Origin: Eledone cirrhosa
Lineage: Eukaryota
Length of the DNA: 64,000 nt
Direction of reading: 5' to 3'
Assembly: GCA_964016885.1 (NCBI GenBank)
Contig: OZ024740.1
Location: 360,840,001-360,904,000, forward strand
The notes under the pieces are model-generated. The model was given only the letters and a program-made list of their open reading frames with translations, searched no databases and was not told where the DNA came from. Positions 24,577 to 38,100 of the stretch are shown in pieces; within the stretch, counting starts at the first letter, position 1, and the number at the start of each line of letters is the position of its first letter. The translations under genes were made by a program, and so were the position numbers.

Positions 24577-24984
24577 TATATTAGTAAAAAGGAAAAGAAA
24601 ATGCTGACAAATTTTTCCCAGTGAAAAATAGTTTAAGTAGGAATAAGTATAAATTAGTAATAAGTATTAGTTAGTATTCAGTTTTAGTTTTAAGTTTTTA
24701 CCGGTTGCGCATTTCTAATGCTTTTCAAAAATAATTTTGAGATAGAGTGCTCGTGATTTTTGGTCTAATCACGTCCATTCCTCTCCGACAGATTAGAGCA
24801 AAAATCGCGAGCACTCTATCTCCAAATTATTTTTGAAAAGCATTAGAAATGCGCAACCGGTAAAAACTTAAAACTAAAACTGAATACTAACTAATACTTA
24901 TTACTAATTTATACTTATTCCTAATTAAACTACTTTTCATTGGGAAAAATTTGTTAGCATCTTCTTTTCCTTTTTACTAATATA
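24577..24984. repeat. Near-perfect inverted repeat with 194-bp arms and 20-nt loop, between (TA)n runs
   Basis: Arms 24577-24770 / 24791-24984 are complementary apart from a few substitutions. Confidence 0.97.
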
Positions 24985-25671
24985 TATATATATATATATA
25001 TATACAGACACATGCATAATACATACACACACACACACTTTATTTCAATGGGTTTGATCTGTCACCAGGAGTCATATCCAATTATATAATGTAAATGTTA
25101 CCAAACAGGATTTGAACTAGGAAGCTATACTTCCAAGTGGAGGTCACTATCTTCAAAGTCACCCCACAAGTGAACATACAGTCAGTTATCATCATTAAAT
25201 GAACATACAGTCAGTTATCGTCATTAGGCTCCCGTCTAAACTCAATGAAGTAAATCAAAAAGGAAAATATATTTCTAAAAAACTGTCAATCAAATTTGAA
25301 AAAAAAATTGTTACATTCATTAAACAAACATTTTATGTAAGTGTAACATAAAAACATCTGTGTGTATGTGTGCATATGTCCTTGTTCATGTGTATGTGTG
25401 CATATGTCCTTCTTCATGTGTGTGTTAGTGCAAATGTGTATGAGTGAATGTATGCATGTGTGAATGTGGGATAGGAAAGCAGGATATTTTAATGAGGGCA
25501 GAAAAAAATGTTTATTTAAAAAAATTTTTTATTTCAAATGTAAAAAAAACCCAGTATTGAAAGCTAGATTCTCCAGTAAACTGACATTTGTGTTTATTTA
25601 GATACATCATTGTTTCAAGAATGTGCAAAACATGCACACATACATATGCACACATACATATGCACACACAC

Positions 25672-25718
<47 letters not shown>

Positions 25719-25720
<2 letters not shown>

Positions 25721-25981
25721 TCATCATCATTTAACGCCTATCTTCCACGTTAGACGGGAGTTGTCCCATTTGAGGCAAGATTGGTCGGGTGACCGTGTCT
25801 CGCTCGTATAGGACTGTCTGGCAGGCTTTCTATGGCTGGATGGCCTTCCTAACAACAACCGGGGCATATATATATATATATATATATATACATACATATA
25901 TATATATATACACACACACACAGTCTAACCCATGCTAGCGTGGAAGATAGACATTAAACGATGATGATGATGATGATGATA
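25719..25981. mobile_element. Two RTE/SINE-type 3' ends arranged head-to-head around a microsatellite
   Basis: (CAT)n-ttaacgcctatcttccacg on the left; cgtggaagatagacattaaacg-(ATG)n on the right. Confidence 0.75.
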
Positions 25982-25989
25982 TATATATT

Positions 25990-26230
25990 GGCAGGGGCAT
26001 GGCTGTGGGGTTAAGGAATTTGCTTTGCAAACCATAAGGTTTAGTTCCATTGCACCTCAGACAAGTATCTTCTCCTATAGCCTCAGGTTGACCAATGACT
26101 TATGAATGGAATTTGGTAGGTGCAAACTGCAGAATATATGTGTATTTGTATCTCATAACTTAGTGGCCTGACAGCAATGAGATCAATAAAACAAGTACCA
26201 GATTTGAAAAAAAGTAAATATATGGATCAG
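25990..26230 (+). mobile_element. tRNA-derived SINE, octopus OR-like family (also 47432-47820, 49020-49350 minus, 53560-54270)
   Basis: gcatggctgtgg..ttaag head, caagt(a/g)tcttct..tatagcctcaggttgacca body. Confidence 0.65.
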
Positions 26231-27266
26231 TTCTATATCTCTTTCTCACTTCTTACTCACTGTATTTCTTTAGAAGAAATTGACTATCTATAGTCTGTTC
26301 CTTCAACCTCTAACAGCTTTGAGGATGACTTCAACTAAAGCATATGCTTTTTCAAACTCAAAAGTTCCTAGTATGAAAAAAAACAAAAACAGATCTTATA
26401 GTGATTCATTGATGAAAGTCTTTTAAAACTGCAAATTTTGAATAAACATTATGTTTTAATTCTTTATATGCATTGTTTGGGCTTCTAATCATTTAAAATT
26501 ATTATATCAAACATTACATTACCATATTTCTAATGAAATATAACTGTATTTGAATAAATTAATGGAGAATGTAGTGGGATTTTCTAAAATTAATAATTAT
26601 TTCATTATTAAGATGGTAACTTAACACATGATTCTCATATGAAATTATTTTTAAATTTTAATTTAAATAGGAACCCTTTAAAATGAATGATTTTGTTTCA
26701 TAGAATAAGTGCCATTTTTAGCCAGGTTGGTATTAAAAGAATTAATAATTTCAGTTTAACTGCTTTGTTACATGTGACTGTTTGTTTACATGATCAGCAA
26801 GCAGATGAAGCAGAAATGAAACATCTAAGAAATTGACTTCACCACTGGATTTAAGAGTAACCATTTATCTAGACAATGTAAGTTAATATTAAATTAAATG
26901 TAACTAGCAGTATTTATAATAGTAGTGCCACCTTATTTATAATATCTTAGTGAAATATTTTGTAGGACACATGTTTTGATGCCTACACAAGAACATAATA
27001 GCATAGATAGATTAATTCCCTCATCATAAAAGTTATGTTTAGGATAATACCTTGATTCACAAATGTTGATTTTGTTGATTACAAAAAACTTGAGTTGACT
27101 TTAACATGTGATACATGGAAAATTCCAAATTTTTAGCAAAAAAATAGGGTTTGACTTTTACACACACACACACACACTCATATACAGACGAGGGTCAGTT
27201 GAAAAGTTCATAGGCTTCCTAAGATACTCTCATGGAATGACCAAATGAGGTTTATTTTTTCAGTCT

Positions 27267-27304
<38 letters not shown>

Positions 27305-28697
27305 TGTTTTTAGAAATCTTTACCATGAATATAAATTATAAAAGCTCAACCTTCTGATACTGAATATCATGACAGAAATGACAAAGAACCATTGACCATT
27401 TGATGTACTGGAGAAAACTTGCCTATCAGTTTCCATGTAGAAACCATGCCAAAAAGGGTTGAGAGAACTCTCCAGTCATGGCATGACAACTTCTCTAGTG
27501 CTGATGCCATGAAAATGCACCATGTATACCATGTAAGGTGGTTGGTGATAGGAAGTTTACCTAGTCATTGAAACCATACCAGAAAAGTCAAGAGGCCCCT
27601 TCAGATGTGTTAAGGGTACCACAACCTCTCTAGTATTGGTGAAGTAGATGATAAACCCACCCAGTACACTCTATAAAATGGTTGGTGATAGGAAGGGCAC
27701 CCAGGCATAGAAAACCTGTCAAGAGAACTATTCAGCTGTTTCGAAGATATGACACCCTCCCTAGTGTAAATGAAAAGTGGGCCTCTCAGCCGATCTAAGA
27801 GCTCTGATTAAGTACTGACTTGGCTTTTGGTGATCTGTACAAACCTTGATAGCAGGGAAAAATAGATGTTAAATGATGATGAAGATGTTAATCATTATTA
27901 TTTCATTCTATAATCATATTTTAAACAAATTATTATTGTTATCATCATCATCATCATCATCATAATCATAATCATCATCATTACATTTGTTCTATTAGTT
28001 AACATCGACAACATGAATTAAAAAAACCTGGCTTGTGTCAGCATCTTCAATGAAACATTCAGACACACACACACATATTCACACATACAAATTCAAACAC
28101 ACGCATTCACATCAATAAATGCAACATTCTCTCTCACACATACATTCTTCATCATCATCGTTTTATGTACATTTTCAATGCATGAATTACAGATGCAAAC
28201 AAACAAACACATTCATATACACACACATTTTCAACAAACACAAAAAAAGCACATATTCAACAAACAAACAAATTTGCACAAAAACAAACACACATACAAG
28301 CACATTCTTACAGAGAAAGACACACACATATACATAAACAATCACACACACATACACATTTACACACACAAACATTGGCAATAAACATAAAAAAAACGAC
28401 AAGACATATGAGAGAGAACAGAAGGAGAAATACCACCATCCACCATACATCAGTGGAAAAAGATAAGCTGACAAAAGATGAGCAGCAGAGAATAAACAAG
28501 AAATTTATTTTTGAAAAAAAAAATTTTTTAATGATAAAAACAAAACTATCAATTTAAAAAAAAAAAATTGAAATAAAATTGGAATATATATATATATTTC
28601 CTTTTCTGTCAAAGAATTTTCTACATTGAAAATTTTGCACACAAAAAAAAACAATGTAATGAACAAATCAATAATGATAATTAATAATAATGTTATA

Positions 28698-28730
<33 letters not shown>

Positions 28731-31700
28731 TGCCTGTTTGTTTGTTTGTTTATTTATGTTCGTCTACAGCGTGATAATGCCACACAAAAATCACCGGGAG
28801 TGACGAAATCACCGGTGGTTATGTAACCATAAATTCGCCAATCCTCGATAAGAGTGTTTAAATGTCGAACCTAAACAGTTCGAATAACGGTGAAGTGGAG
28901 ACTAGAATGTCATGTGACAGACTCTCACCCAACAGGTGCTCCCTGGCTCAGCAGCAGGGACCTGGCTGTCAACCAAATACTGCTGGTGTCGGAGGAAGAA
29001 GAAGAAGGAAAGAGACCAGAACCAACTGGATGAAAGAATTGAATAGAACTATTATGCAATGTTACCTGAAGAGTAACCCCAAGGAGAAAGGCTATAGGAA
29101 ACGGATGCATAACATCTGGAACGAGATTGGTCTATTTAAATTAGATGAACAAAAATTGGCCGGGTGGTAAGCGAGCTGGAACTGGAGGAACTGAGCAGAG
29201 AGATTAGCTTGGAAATGGAGAGTGGAGTATGCCAGGTAAACGAGCCAGTGGGAAATGAAGGTGAAGAGGTCGAGAGAACGGAGGAACCACCCGAAGCAGA
29301 CAATGATCTGAATGCTGAAATAAATAATACCTGGAACAGAGATACGGCCATTGAGGAAATGAATGCTGACGGGCTAGGACAAGATTTGGTTGATATCCTA
29401 AACTTAGTGGTAGATGAATTGAACAATGATAGTGGGAAACCTATGAACCTAAGATTTGTAGACAGGAAAAAGTTAAAAGAAACAACAGCTAAGGTAAACA
29501 AAGTCATCCCATACCTTGAGGCGAGGAGCCTTCACTAGTGCAACAATATCCTCAAAGCAACAGCAAATACGGTGAGGAAATTACTTGGTATAAAAGTGAG
29601 AGGAAACAACAAACAAGAAAGATCAGAGCCCTGGTGGAAGAAACGACTGAGTGGTCAAATCAGGGAAATGAGAAATGACATTGGAAAGCTTGAGTCCCTA
29701 CTGAATGGGACACTAAAAAACATAGACACTAAAAATAGACTGGAAATAAAGTACAAAACTAGGAGGAAAAAGCTAAATATTATCATAGAGGAACTGAAGC
29801 AACGCATTGTAGCAAAGAGTGCAAAAATCAGGCGATACGAGAACAGAGTCAGTCAGTATAGACAGGACCGCATGTTTGACAACAACCAGAAGATGCTGTT
29901 TGGACAGCTTGAAGGGAAAGAAAGAGGCAACGACTTGATCCCTGAGGTGGAACAAACTAAAACATTCTGGAGAGGAATATGGGAGCAGGATGTTAAACAT
30001 AATGACCAGGCAGTGTGGATTGAGACAGTACAGAAGGAGATTAGTGAACAGGCACACCAACAAACTGATTTGAGTATCACAGTTGAAACTCTTAAGGGGC
30101 AGGCCAAAAAACTAACCAACTGGAAATCACCAGGTCCAGATAGTGTGCAGGGGTATTGGATAAAAAATATAACATCCCTCCACCCGAAACTGACAACCAT
30201 GTTCAATGACTGCTTGATGTCAGGTGAGGTACCAGAGTGGTTGACAAAAGGTACCACAGTTCTGATAATAAAAGACCGAATCAAGGGTAATGATGTTACC
30301 AACTATAGACCTATCACATGTCTGTCCGTAATGTGGAAACTGTTGACAAGCATTATGTCTGAGGAAATCTACCATCACCTCCACACAAACAACTTGTTTC
30401 TGGACGAACAGAAAGGATGCCGAAAGAAGTCCTGTGGTACAAAGGACCAGTTACTTATTGATAAGATGGTGATGAGGAATTGCAAGAGGAGACATACTGG
30501 TCTTGCCATGGGATGGATAGACTACAAAAAGGCATTTGACATGGTGCCTCATTCTTGGATCACCAAAAGCCTGGAGATCTTCAGGGTGGCAGATAACATC
30601 AGACAGTTGTTGGGCAAAAGTATGAAGTCCTGGGAAACAGAGTTAACATCAGCTGGAGAATCCTTGGGAAGCGTGAAGATCAAGAGGTATTTTCCAGGGA
30701 GATAGTCTGTCCCCTCTGTTGTTTGTCCTTGCCCTGATGCCCCTGACCAGTATACTGCGAAAAGTGAGAGCAGGATACAGGTTGGGAAAGGGAGGGCTTA
30801 CCATCAATCACCTCCTCTTCATGGATGATCTTAAGCTCTTCGGGAAGAGTGAGAAGGAGTTGGATGTGCTTGTTGACACTGTCCGTATTTTCAGCAATGA
30901 TATATGTATGCAATTTGGTATTAGTAAGTGTGGAGTCCTTGTGATGAGGAGGGGTAAATTGAGCAGAAGTAACGGAATCCAGGTACCAACAGGTGAGATG
31001 ATAAAGGAAATTGACACTGTAGAAGGATACAAGTATTTGGGTGTTCTGGAGGCTGATGACATCAAGAACAAAAAAATGAAGGAATTGATAAGAACTGAAT
31101 ACATTCGGAGAGTAAGGAGCGTATTAAAGTCACATCTGAACAGTAGGAATGCCATAAGTGCAGTAAATTCCCGAGTGGTTGAAAAGAGGAGACCTTAAAT
31201 AGGCTGCAGAAGGAATGTTAATGGCTGTGCAAGAGCAGGCCCTCAAAACGAAGTGGTTGAAACACCATATTTACAAGGAGGAGGCTAGCCCACTGTGCAG
31301 GATCTGTGGAGAGAGAGAGGAGACTGTGGCCCACATTGTATCCGAGTGTAAACACCTAGCCAAGACTCACTATAAGGGCTGGAGACATGATGTGGTGGAC
31401 AGGGTGATCCACTGGCACCTATGCAAAGTAAACAATTTACCACATTCTGAGAAGTGGTATGAGCATAAGCCAGAGTTGGTGATAGAAAACGATCAGGTGA
31501 AGGTGCTGTGGTATTTTAGGATACAGACGGACAAGAAACTGGAACACAATAGACCTGACCTGGTGGTTGTGGACGAAGAAAAAAAGATCGTGCCTGATTG
31601 TGGATGTGGCCTGCCCATTCGACACGAGAGTGCAAGAGAAGGAGAAGGAGAAAATTAACCGATACCAGGACTTAAAGTGGGAGGTAAAAAGGATTTGGAA

Positions 31701-31942
31701 CTGCCATGAAGTCAAAGTGGTCCCGATTGTCATAGGCACACTAGGTACTATCTCAAAAAATTTCCAGGGATGGTTAAAGAAAATTGGCCCCTTCACGCTT
31801 TTTGGAACGCTTCAAGAGGCATGCTTGCTGGGAACAGCAAGAACCCTCCGATACGTCCTGAATATCTGAGGCTGCAGGTAGTGGCTTGATATTCATTTCA
31901 ACAAACTTTCCAGTTAACTAACATCAATGACTGAGACTCAAA

Positions 31943-31943
<1 letters not shown>
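28731..31943 (+). mobile_element. Near full-length R4/Dong-like restriction-like-endonuclease LINE, frameshifted and internally deleted
   Basis: Myb-like N-terminus, NWKSPGPD, NYRPITCL, WIDYKKAFD, HLLFMDD, YKYLG, CRICG..HIVSEC, RHD, RPDLVVVD; flanked by (AAT)n. Confidence 0.93.
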
Positions 31944-31974
<31 letters not shown>

Positions 31975-31975
<1 letters not shown>

Positions 31976-33240
31976 GATATGGATCATCTTTACCTTCCTA
32001 GAACTCAAGGAGGCCATGGCCTGATCCAATTTGAACTTGCTTACAAGACCACCATCATTGGACTGGCCAAACACCTTGAAACAACTAACGACTGTATGCT
32101 GAAACTTGTTGAAAAGCATGAGAGAAGTAAGAAGCTTCATTCTATCTTGAAGGCGAGCAAAAAATATGCTACTGATCTCATGCTTGATACCCAGGCTGGA
32201 CAGACTAAAGAAACTGTTGCAACTGATGCTGCTAGGCACATAAAATCACTGGCAAAAGCAAAAGGGCAAGGACAATTAGCATCAAATTGGGAGCAGAAAC
32301 CTCTGCATGGCAAATATGTGGCCTGTAGCAAACAAGCTGATGTTGACCAAAAGCACACCCATCAGTGGCTACGTAGTTCAGGGCTAAAGGCGGAGAGTGA
32401 AGGCTTCATCTTAGCTTCCCAAGATCAAAGCTTATTGACTCATAATTACCAGGCCAATGTGATGAGAAACGGAATAAACCCAAAGTGCCGATTCTGAAAT
32501 GCTGAGGTTGAAACAGTGGATCACTTAGTCTCTGGATGTAAAGTTTTAGCACCAGTAGAATACAAATATAGACATGACAGAGTTGGCCAATATCTACATT
32601 GGGTAATATGTCGGCATTACAAAATCAAAGCTGAAGACAAGTGGTACAATAATCACCGTGAGGCTGTAACTGAAGGAGAAAAAGTAACAATTCTCTGGGA
32701 CTTTCCTGTACATACTGACAGGACCATAAAAGCAAATAGACCTGACATCATTGTAAAAGATCAACAATACAAGGTCTGTTTATTGATAGATATGAGCATC
32801 CCATGTGATCACAATATCGCGGCAAAAGAATTTGACAAGCTACGAAAATATAAAGATCTGCTTATTGAAATTGAGAAAATGTGGCACCTCAAGGCCGTTA
32901 CAATACAGTGATTGTGGGAGGACTGGGAATGATCAAGAAAGGAACAGAACAATATTTGCGAATGATTCCTGGTTTACCCGCTCTGCACGAGGTGCAAAAA
33001 ATTGTTTTGACTGGTACTGCACACGTATTGAGAAGAGCACTATCTCTGTAAGATTGATATCCCTCCTTGTATTTACATATGCATATGTACATGTGTATAT
33101 ATGTATACTGTTTTTTAAATTTTTTTTATTATAATCAATGTGATGTATTAACTGGCTTACCAATGCACACTGTGAATTTATTTGCCCTAGGTGTCAGGAA
33201 GACACTTGGCATATATCTCAGAAACAATAATGAAAGAAAA
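31975..33240 (+). mobile_element. 5'-truncated second R4/Dong-like LINE (distinct family)
   Basis: LYLPRTQGGHGL, KPLHGKY, CRF..HLVSGC, RHD, ILWDF, NRPDIIVKD, KYKDL; (AAT)n on both sides. Confidence 0.92.
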
Positions 33241-33250
33241 TAAAAATAAA

Positions 33251-33288
<38 letters not shown>

Positions 33289-33304
33289 TAATAAAAATAT
33301 AAGA

Positions 33305-34070
33305 TAGGTGTCATGATAAAATGCATCCAGTACATCCTACAAATTGGTAGTGCTGGTGCCATGATAAATACACTCACTACATCCTGCAAATTAGTAGTGC
33401 TGGTGCCATGATAAAATGCACCTGGTTCATATTGTAAAGTGGTAGTGTTGGTGCCACAATAAAATACACTCAGTACACACTGTGAAATGGTAGTAATGGT
33501 GCTATGATAAGATGCACCTAGTCTGCTCTGTACAGTGGTAGTGCTGGTGTCACAATAAAATGTACTCAGTACACTCTGAAAAGCAGGAGTGTTGGTGCCA
33601 TGAAAAATGCATTGAATATATTATGCAAAGTGGTAGTGTTAGTACCATGATATAATACACTGGGTACACTCTGCAAAGTAGTAGTTCTGGTAACATGATA
33701 AAATGCACTCAGTTTGCTCTGTTGAGTGGTAATGCTGGTGCCATGATAAAATGTACCCAGTCTACTCTATAAAGTAATAGTGCTGGTCCATGATCCAGTA
33801 TTCCATATAAAATGGTAATGCTGGTGGCACCATAATATGGTCCTATAGTAAAATGCACTCAGTACACTCTGTAAAGCGATAGTGCTGGTGCTATGATAAA
33901 ATGCACTCAGGACATTTTATCAAATGGCAGTATTGAGAGTGGCATTCAAAAGTAGAAGCTATGTCAACTGGAACATAGGAGCAAGATATGATCAACCAAC
34001 CTGTTTAATCTCAGACCATAACAACCTATGAAACCCATGCCAGTGTAGAAAACGAATATAAAATAGTGAT
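33305..34070 (+). repeat. About 13 x 47-48-bp array of a SINE/RTE 3' module, ending in a SINE-like tail
   Basis: tagtgctggtgccatgataaaatgcactcagtacactctgtaaagtgg units at 33348, 33395, 33443 and onward. Confidence 0.85.
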
Positions 34071-34082
34071 GAAATAATAAAT

Positions 34083-34558
34083 ACTGTATATACTCGTATA
34101 TAGGCTGAGAAATGTGCAACGAAAAAAAAAAAATCAATGGTATTGTAAAATGAAGGAAGTCGGCTTATATTCAAGGTCCATATTTTGCCGATTTTTACCA
34201 CCTTCAAAATTCTACTTAAATCATATGCTAAAATATCTTTGCTTTGGAGATGAATATTACACTGGTTTCACTTTCTATGTGAAATTCATATTTCCTATTG
34301 TTTTTTTAATATGGCCTTCAAAACAGTCAGAAATTGATAATAAAAAATCATTATGTTATGGAACTGTGAAACAAAAACTATGTTCTAAACAACACTTAAA
34401 ACACTTTAAATATCAAAACTTCATAAATATATTCTTCACTCATGAGAATTTTGAAACAGCACCATCTGATCAATATGTGTTGACTAACTACCTCAGCTTA
34501 TAAAATGGGTTTGGATTTTCGCCTATTTCTCAGATATAAAATAGGGGTTCGGCTTATC
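34083..34558. mobile_element. Tc2/pogo-like non-autonomous DNA transposon remnant
   Basis: Starts ctgtatatactcgtatataggctgag; internal cggcttatattc and terminal ggggttcggcttat. Confidence 0.45.
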
Positions 34559-35159
34559 ATTGTCATTTTAATGTTGGCTTATCATCATTGATTTAATGAC
34601 CGCTTCCTGTTAGTAAGTGTTAGATGGGTCTACATAGACCAAGTCAATACTGAAGCGGTGGCTACTGATCTCCCAGACAAGCCAGGGATCTGTTCTCACT
34701 TATGTATGGTCTCATGTTCTACCAAGTGCACAGGGGTGGTTGTCATGTCTTGGACACCACTGAGGGTCCTCCCAACCCTTTGTTTGGCCAACTTTCTATG
34801 GTTGAATGCCCTTCCTATCACCAACCACTTTATAGCTTGTACTGATTGAGAAATATACTTTAAAATTATATTAAATATTAAATTCAAAATTATAGCTAGT
34901 AGTGATATTATTAGTAACAATAATAACGGTTTTTAACCTAGGTACAATTTTTTGTGGTGGTGAGTGTGGGTGAGGCAAAGTCCATTATATTGACCCTAGT
35001 ACTTGACTGGTACTTTTTAAAATCAATCTTGAAAGAATGAATAGCAAAGTTGACCTCAGTGTGATTTAAACACAGAATGTAAAGAGGCAGAAAAAATACC
35101 ACAACGTACTATGTTTGATGCCCTACCAATTCTGACAATCTATCACCCCAATAATACTA

Positions 35160-38100
35160 ATAATGATTTCTTTATTAGCTACATGGGTCTGGCATGAACA
35201 AGACATTAAAGATGGCACACAACGATACAATGTGGGGTTTTTCGTGTAGAAAATGTGATAACAGAAAACAACAAATATGTAAAAACAATTCTAAAGAAAA
35301 TTCCCCAATAGGAAGGAAACTTCTGAGAGACATTCATGGAGAAAGCAACCAAATAGCCACAGTCGCCCTAACTGCTAGGGCAAAAGCCCCATCCCAGATG
35401 TCTTCAAATATACAAGTGCATACTCCAAACAGGGATGTTTACTCAGTCTATGCTCACCACTCTCATTCATCTTTAAACAAACTGGCTGGAAGGCAACACT
35501 TCCCCCTCCACTCTGATTTTCCTCTTCAAGTGGAACTTGAAAATGAAAGTACCTGTCCTGAACCAGTTCAAGTGGGTCCATCACAAAACTGTTTTCGCCA
35601 TGGCTACCAGTCAGATGAAAACTACCTGCTCTTCATGACAGAAGGAGGATGGTGGGGTTATCTTTATAATGGACTTAGCTGAGACCCAGATCTGTCATAA
35701 ACGTGACAGCAGTTGTTCGACATAGCTCCACAAATCAGCAATGCTGAAAGTATTTCTGTGCTTGCAGAGCTTATCTTAAACTAGCAATATTCCTTGGTAG
35801 CACTACCAGGCTAGAGATTTCTGGAAGTCATCCATTGGGACCAGACTGAAAGTTCTCTGGAAGAGAGCAGCCAATTAATCATCTTCTATGATCAGAGTCC
35901 CCTCAAGAACATCATCACTTTTACCTGCCACTAATTTGCTATAAAACGCCAAAGTATATTTCCCACTAATTGTATTGCTCAATGGGTAGAGGACTGGGAG
36001 TGTTTGACAACAACCCAGTTGCCAAGTGCTCCCTCTTGGTCTTTGCTTGACCCAGAACTGAAGCTCTGTCAAGGAGAGAAACTGGGGGAATGTGTCTGGA
36101 AATCAGCAACCACACATGTTCACTGCTAAGGAAATGCTGGTCATGTTGCAGCTTCAGTGCATGACTGTGCATCATCAGCCACGGCATGCTCAGTCTTCCA
36201 TGCAGTGAGTGTTGACAGCAGATGGACTACCTAACCGCTGGAAAGTTCTAGTGTGGTCAGATGTGAACAGGGGTAAGGCCTGAGGGTCAGGTGGTAGTAG
36301 ACAACAGAGGCACTAGACTCATTTGCCCTCTTTGCCAAACCTTTCAGGGATAGTTTCCTATTGGTTCATTTCTGAGTGAGAGTCACTAACGTGCTCATTA
36401 CTTCGTCCCAGTTTTTGTCCACTTGGAAACTGGATGGAATCAATGACATTTTTGGATGGTATGGACCTGTCTTTTCAGGTACTGTGCTGTGGGCCCACTG
36501 GCTTTTTCTGGTTAACTTTTGCTCCCATTACCACCTCATACCATGATGATGTTGTTGGCATATGCCAACATGGATCTCCCACATCCTTAGTCATGCAGGA
36601 TACCCTTCATCATCTCCAACTTTTGTAGCAATGGCTGAAGAGTTAGTATGTACAAGAGAGGGCATCACTGATGGATTGAGTGTATGATACTGAATGGCTC
36701 CAATAGTTGGCCACACCCTCTGATCACTGAGAAAATGTCGCTGTACACTGCAGCAATTCATCCCTGGAAACAGAGCTAAAACTGACCACCCTAAAGACAT
36801 TCAATAGGTAGTGATGCTTGACACTATTGAAAGCATTTGATTGATCCAAGGCTCCCTTCTTGCCAGGTTACTTGCCATCTCTATCACATGAAGTGGATTT
36901 ATTTGGAATGGCGCTCATCTGTGCCTCCCCAACACCTTGGACAGAATCTTGAATTCTGTGTTTAGTAAAGTTATAGGCTTTAAGTTATCTATGTGATATC
37001 CCGTGTTTGGATCCTTTCTCGGCAGCGTCACCACTCCGTGGCTTACGGAATTGGGAATTCTTCCATTCTGCCACCAGTTGTAGACATCCACTAAGATATC
37101 ACTGAACATGTCTGGCATGTAAATGTAAAGCTTGTAGGGCAGACCATCCAAACCTAGCCGTTTGCTCCTTACAGAGTCAGTTATATTCTCTTGTATTTCA
37201 TGAGTTGTTTTCAGTCTTTTGCAACAATGTGCCTACATTACTGACAGTCATGGCAGGAAGTTAAGGTAGGCACTGAAGTTCATCCTGCAATCCAGCTCTC
37301 CACTCATCCCAAACAGCTGGGTGAAATGCCACTGAAAGGCCATACACATCTGCTAGGAACCAAGTAGCATACACCCTAATTAGTCAGTCAGCCAAAGACC
37401 AAATTATGGCTGTGTTGTCACATTGCCATTTCAGTGGATAGCTTTTATCCTTTAGTGTCTCAGAGGACAATGCAGCCTTAGTATTTTACATTAAAGAATT
37501 GGTTGAGGGCCAAGCTTGTTGCAAGCATATTGGTTACTATGACTAGCCTAAATGCCTCTTGTAGCTTCCTGACTAGCTCTCCCTCTAGTCTAGTTTTCTT
37601 TATCACTTCTTTATTAAACCTTATTGATTCTATTTTAATTGCATTTTTTATAGCAGACCACCATTTGTTATTGATGATTGCTTCAGTCAACGCTTGCTTA
37701 ACTAATTCACAATTGAAGCCGGGATCCAAAATACCATTCAAAGGTCACTAAAGAGCGGAATGTTCCTAGAACATTTTTTAGACAGCTGAAGAAATCTGGC
37801 TATCTTGCCTCTATCAAGATTTAGATAGCCACTAGCCTGAAAGAATATCCTTCACTGCTAGCCACACCCAGAACCAGCAACTTACCTTCTGGGCCACGGA
37901 AGATGGTCCATAACACAAGATCCAGGCCTTTCTGAAACAACACAGCAAGTCTACTTCCCGATCTTGTAGATGTATACACATCATGGCCATTGAAAATGGG
38001 TGCAAAGGCACATGTCCTGGGAATTCTGGCTTTGTTGATGGCCATCACTTCCATATTCAGTGATCAAAGGCAGTTGAGCAGATGACCCTACTTCCAAGAC

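Noticed and set aside
33305-33930. CRISPR-like appearance of this array (also 6760-7100 and 43090-43400)
   Set aside because: Units are wholly repeated with no unique spacers; eukaryotic context; no cas genes
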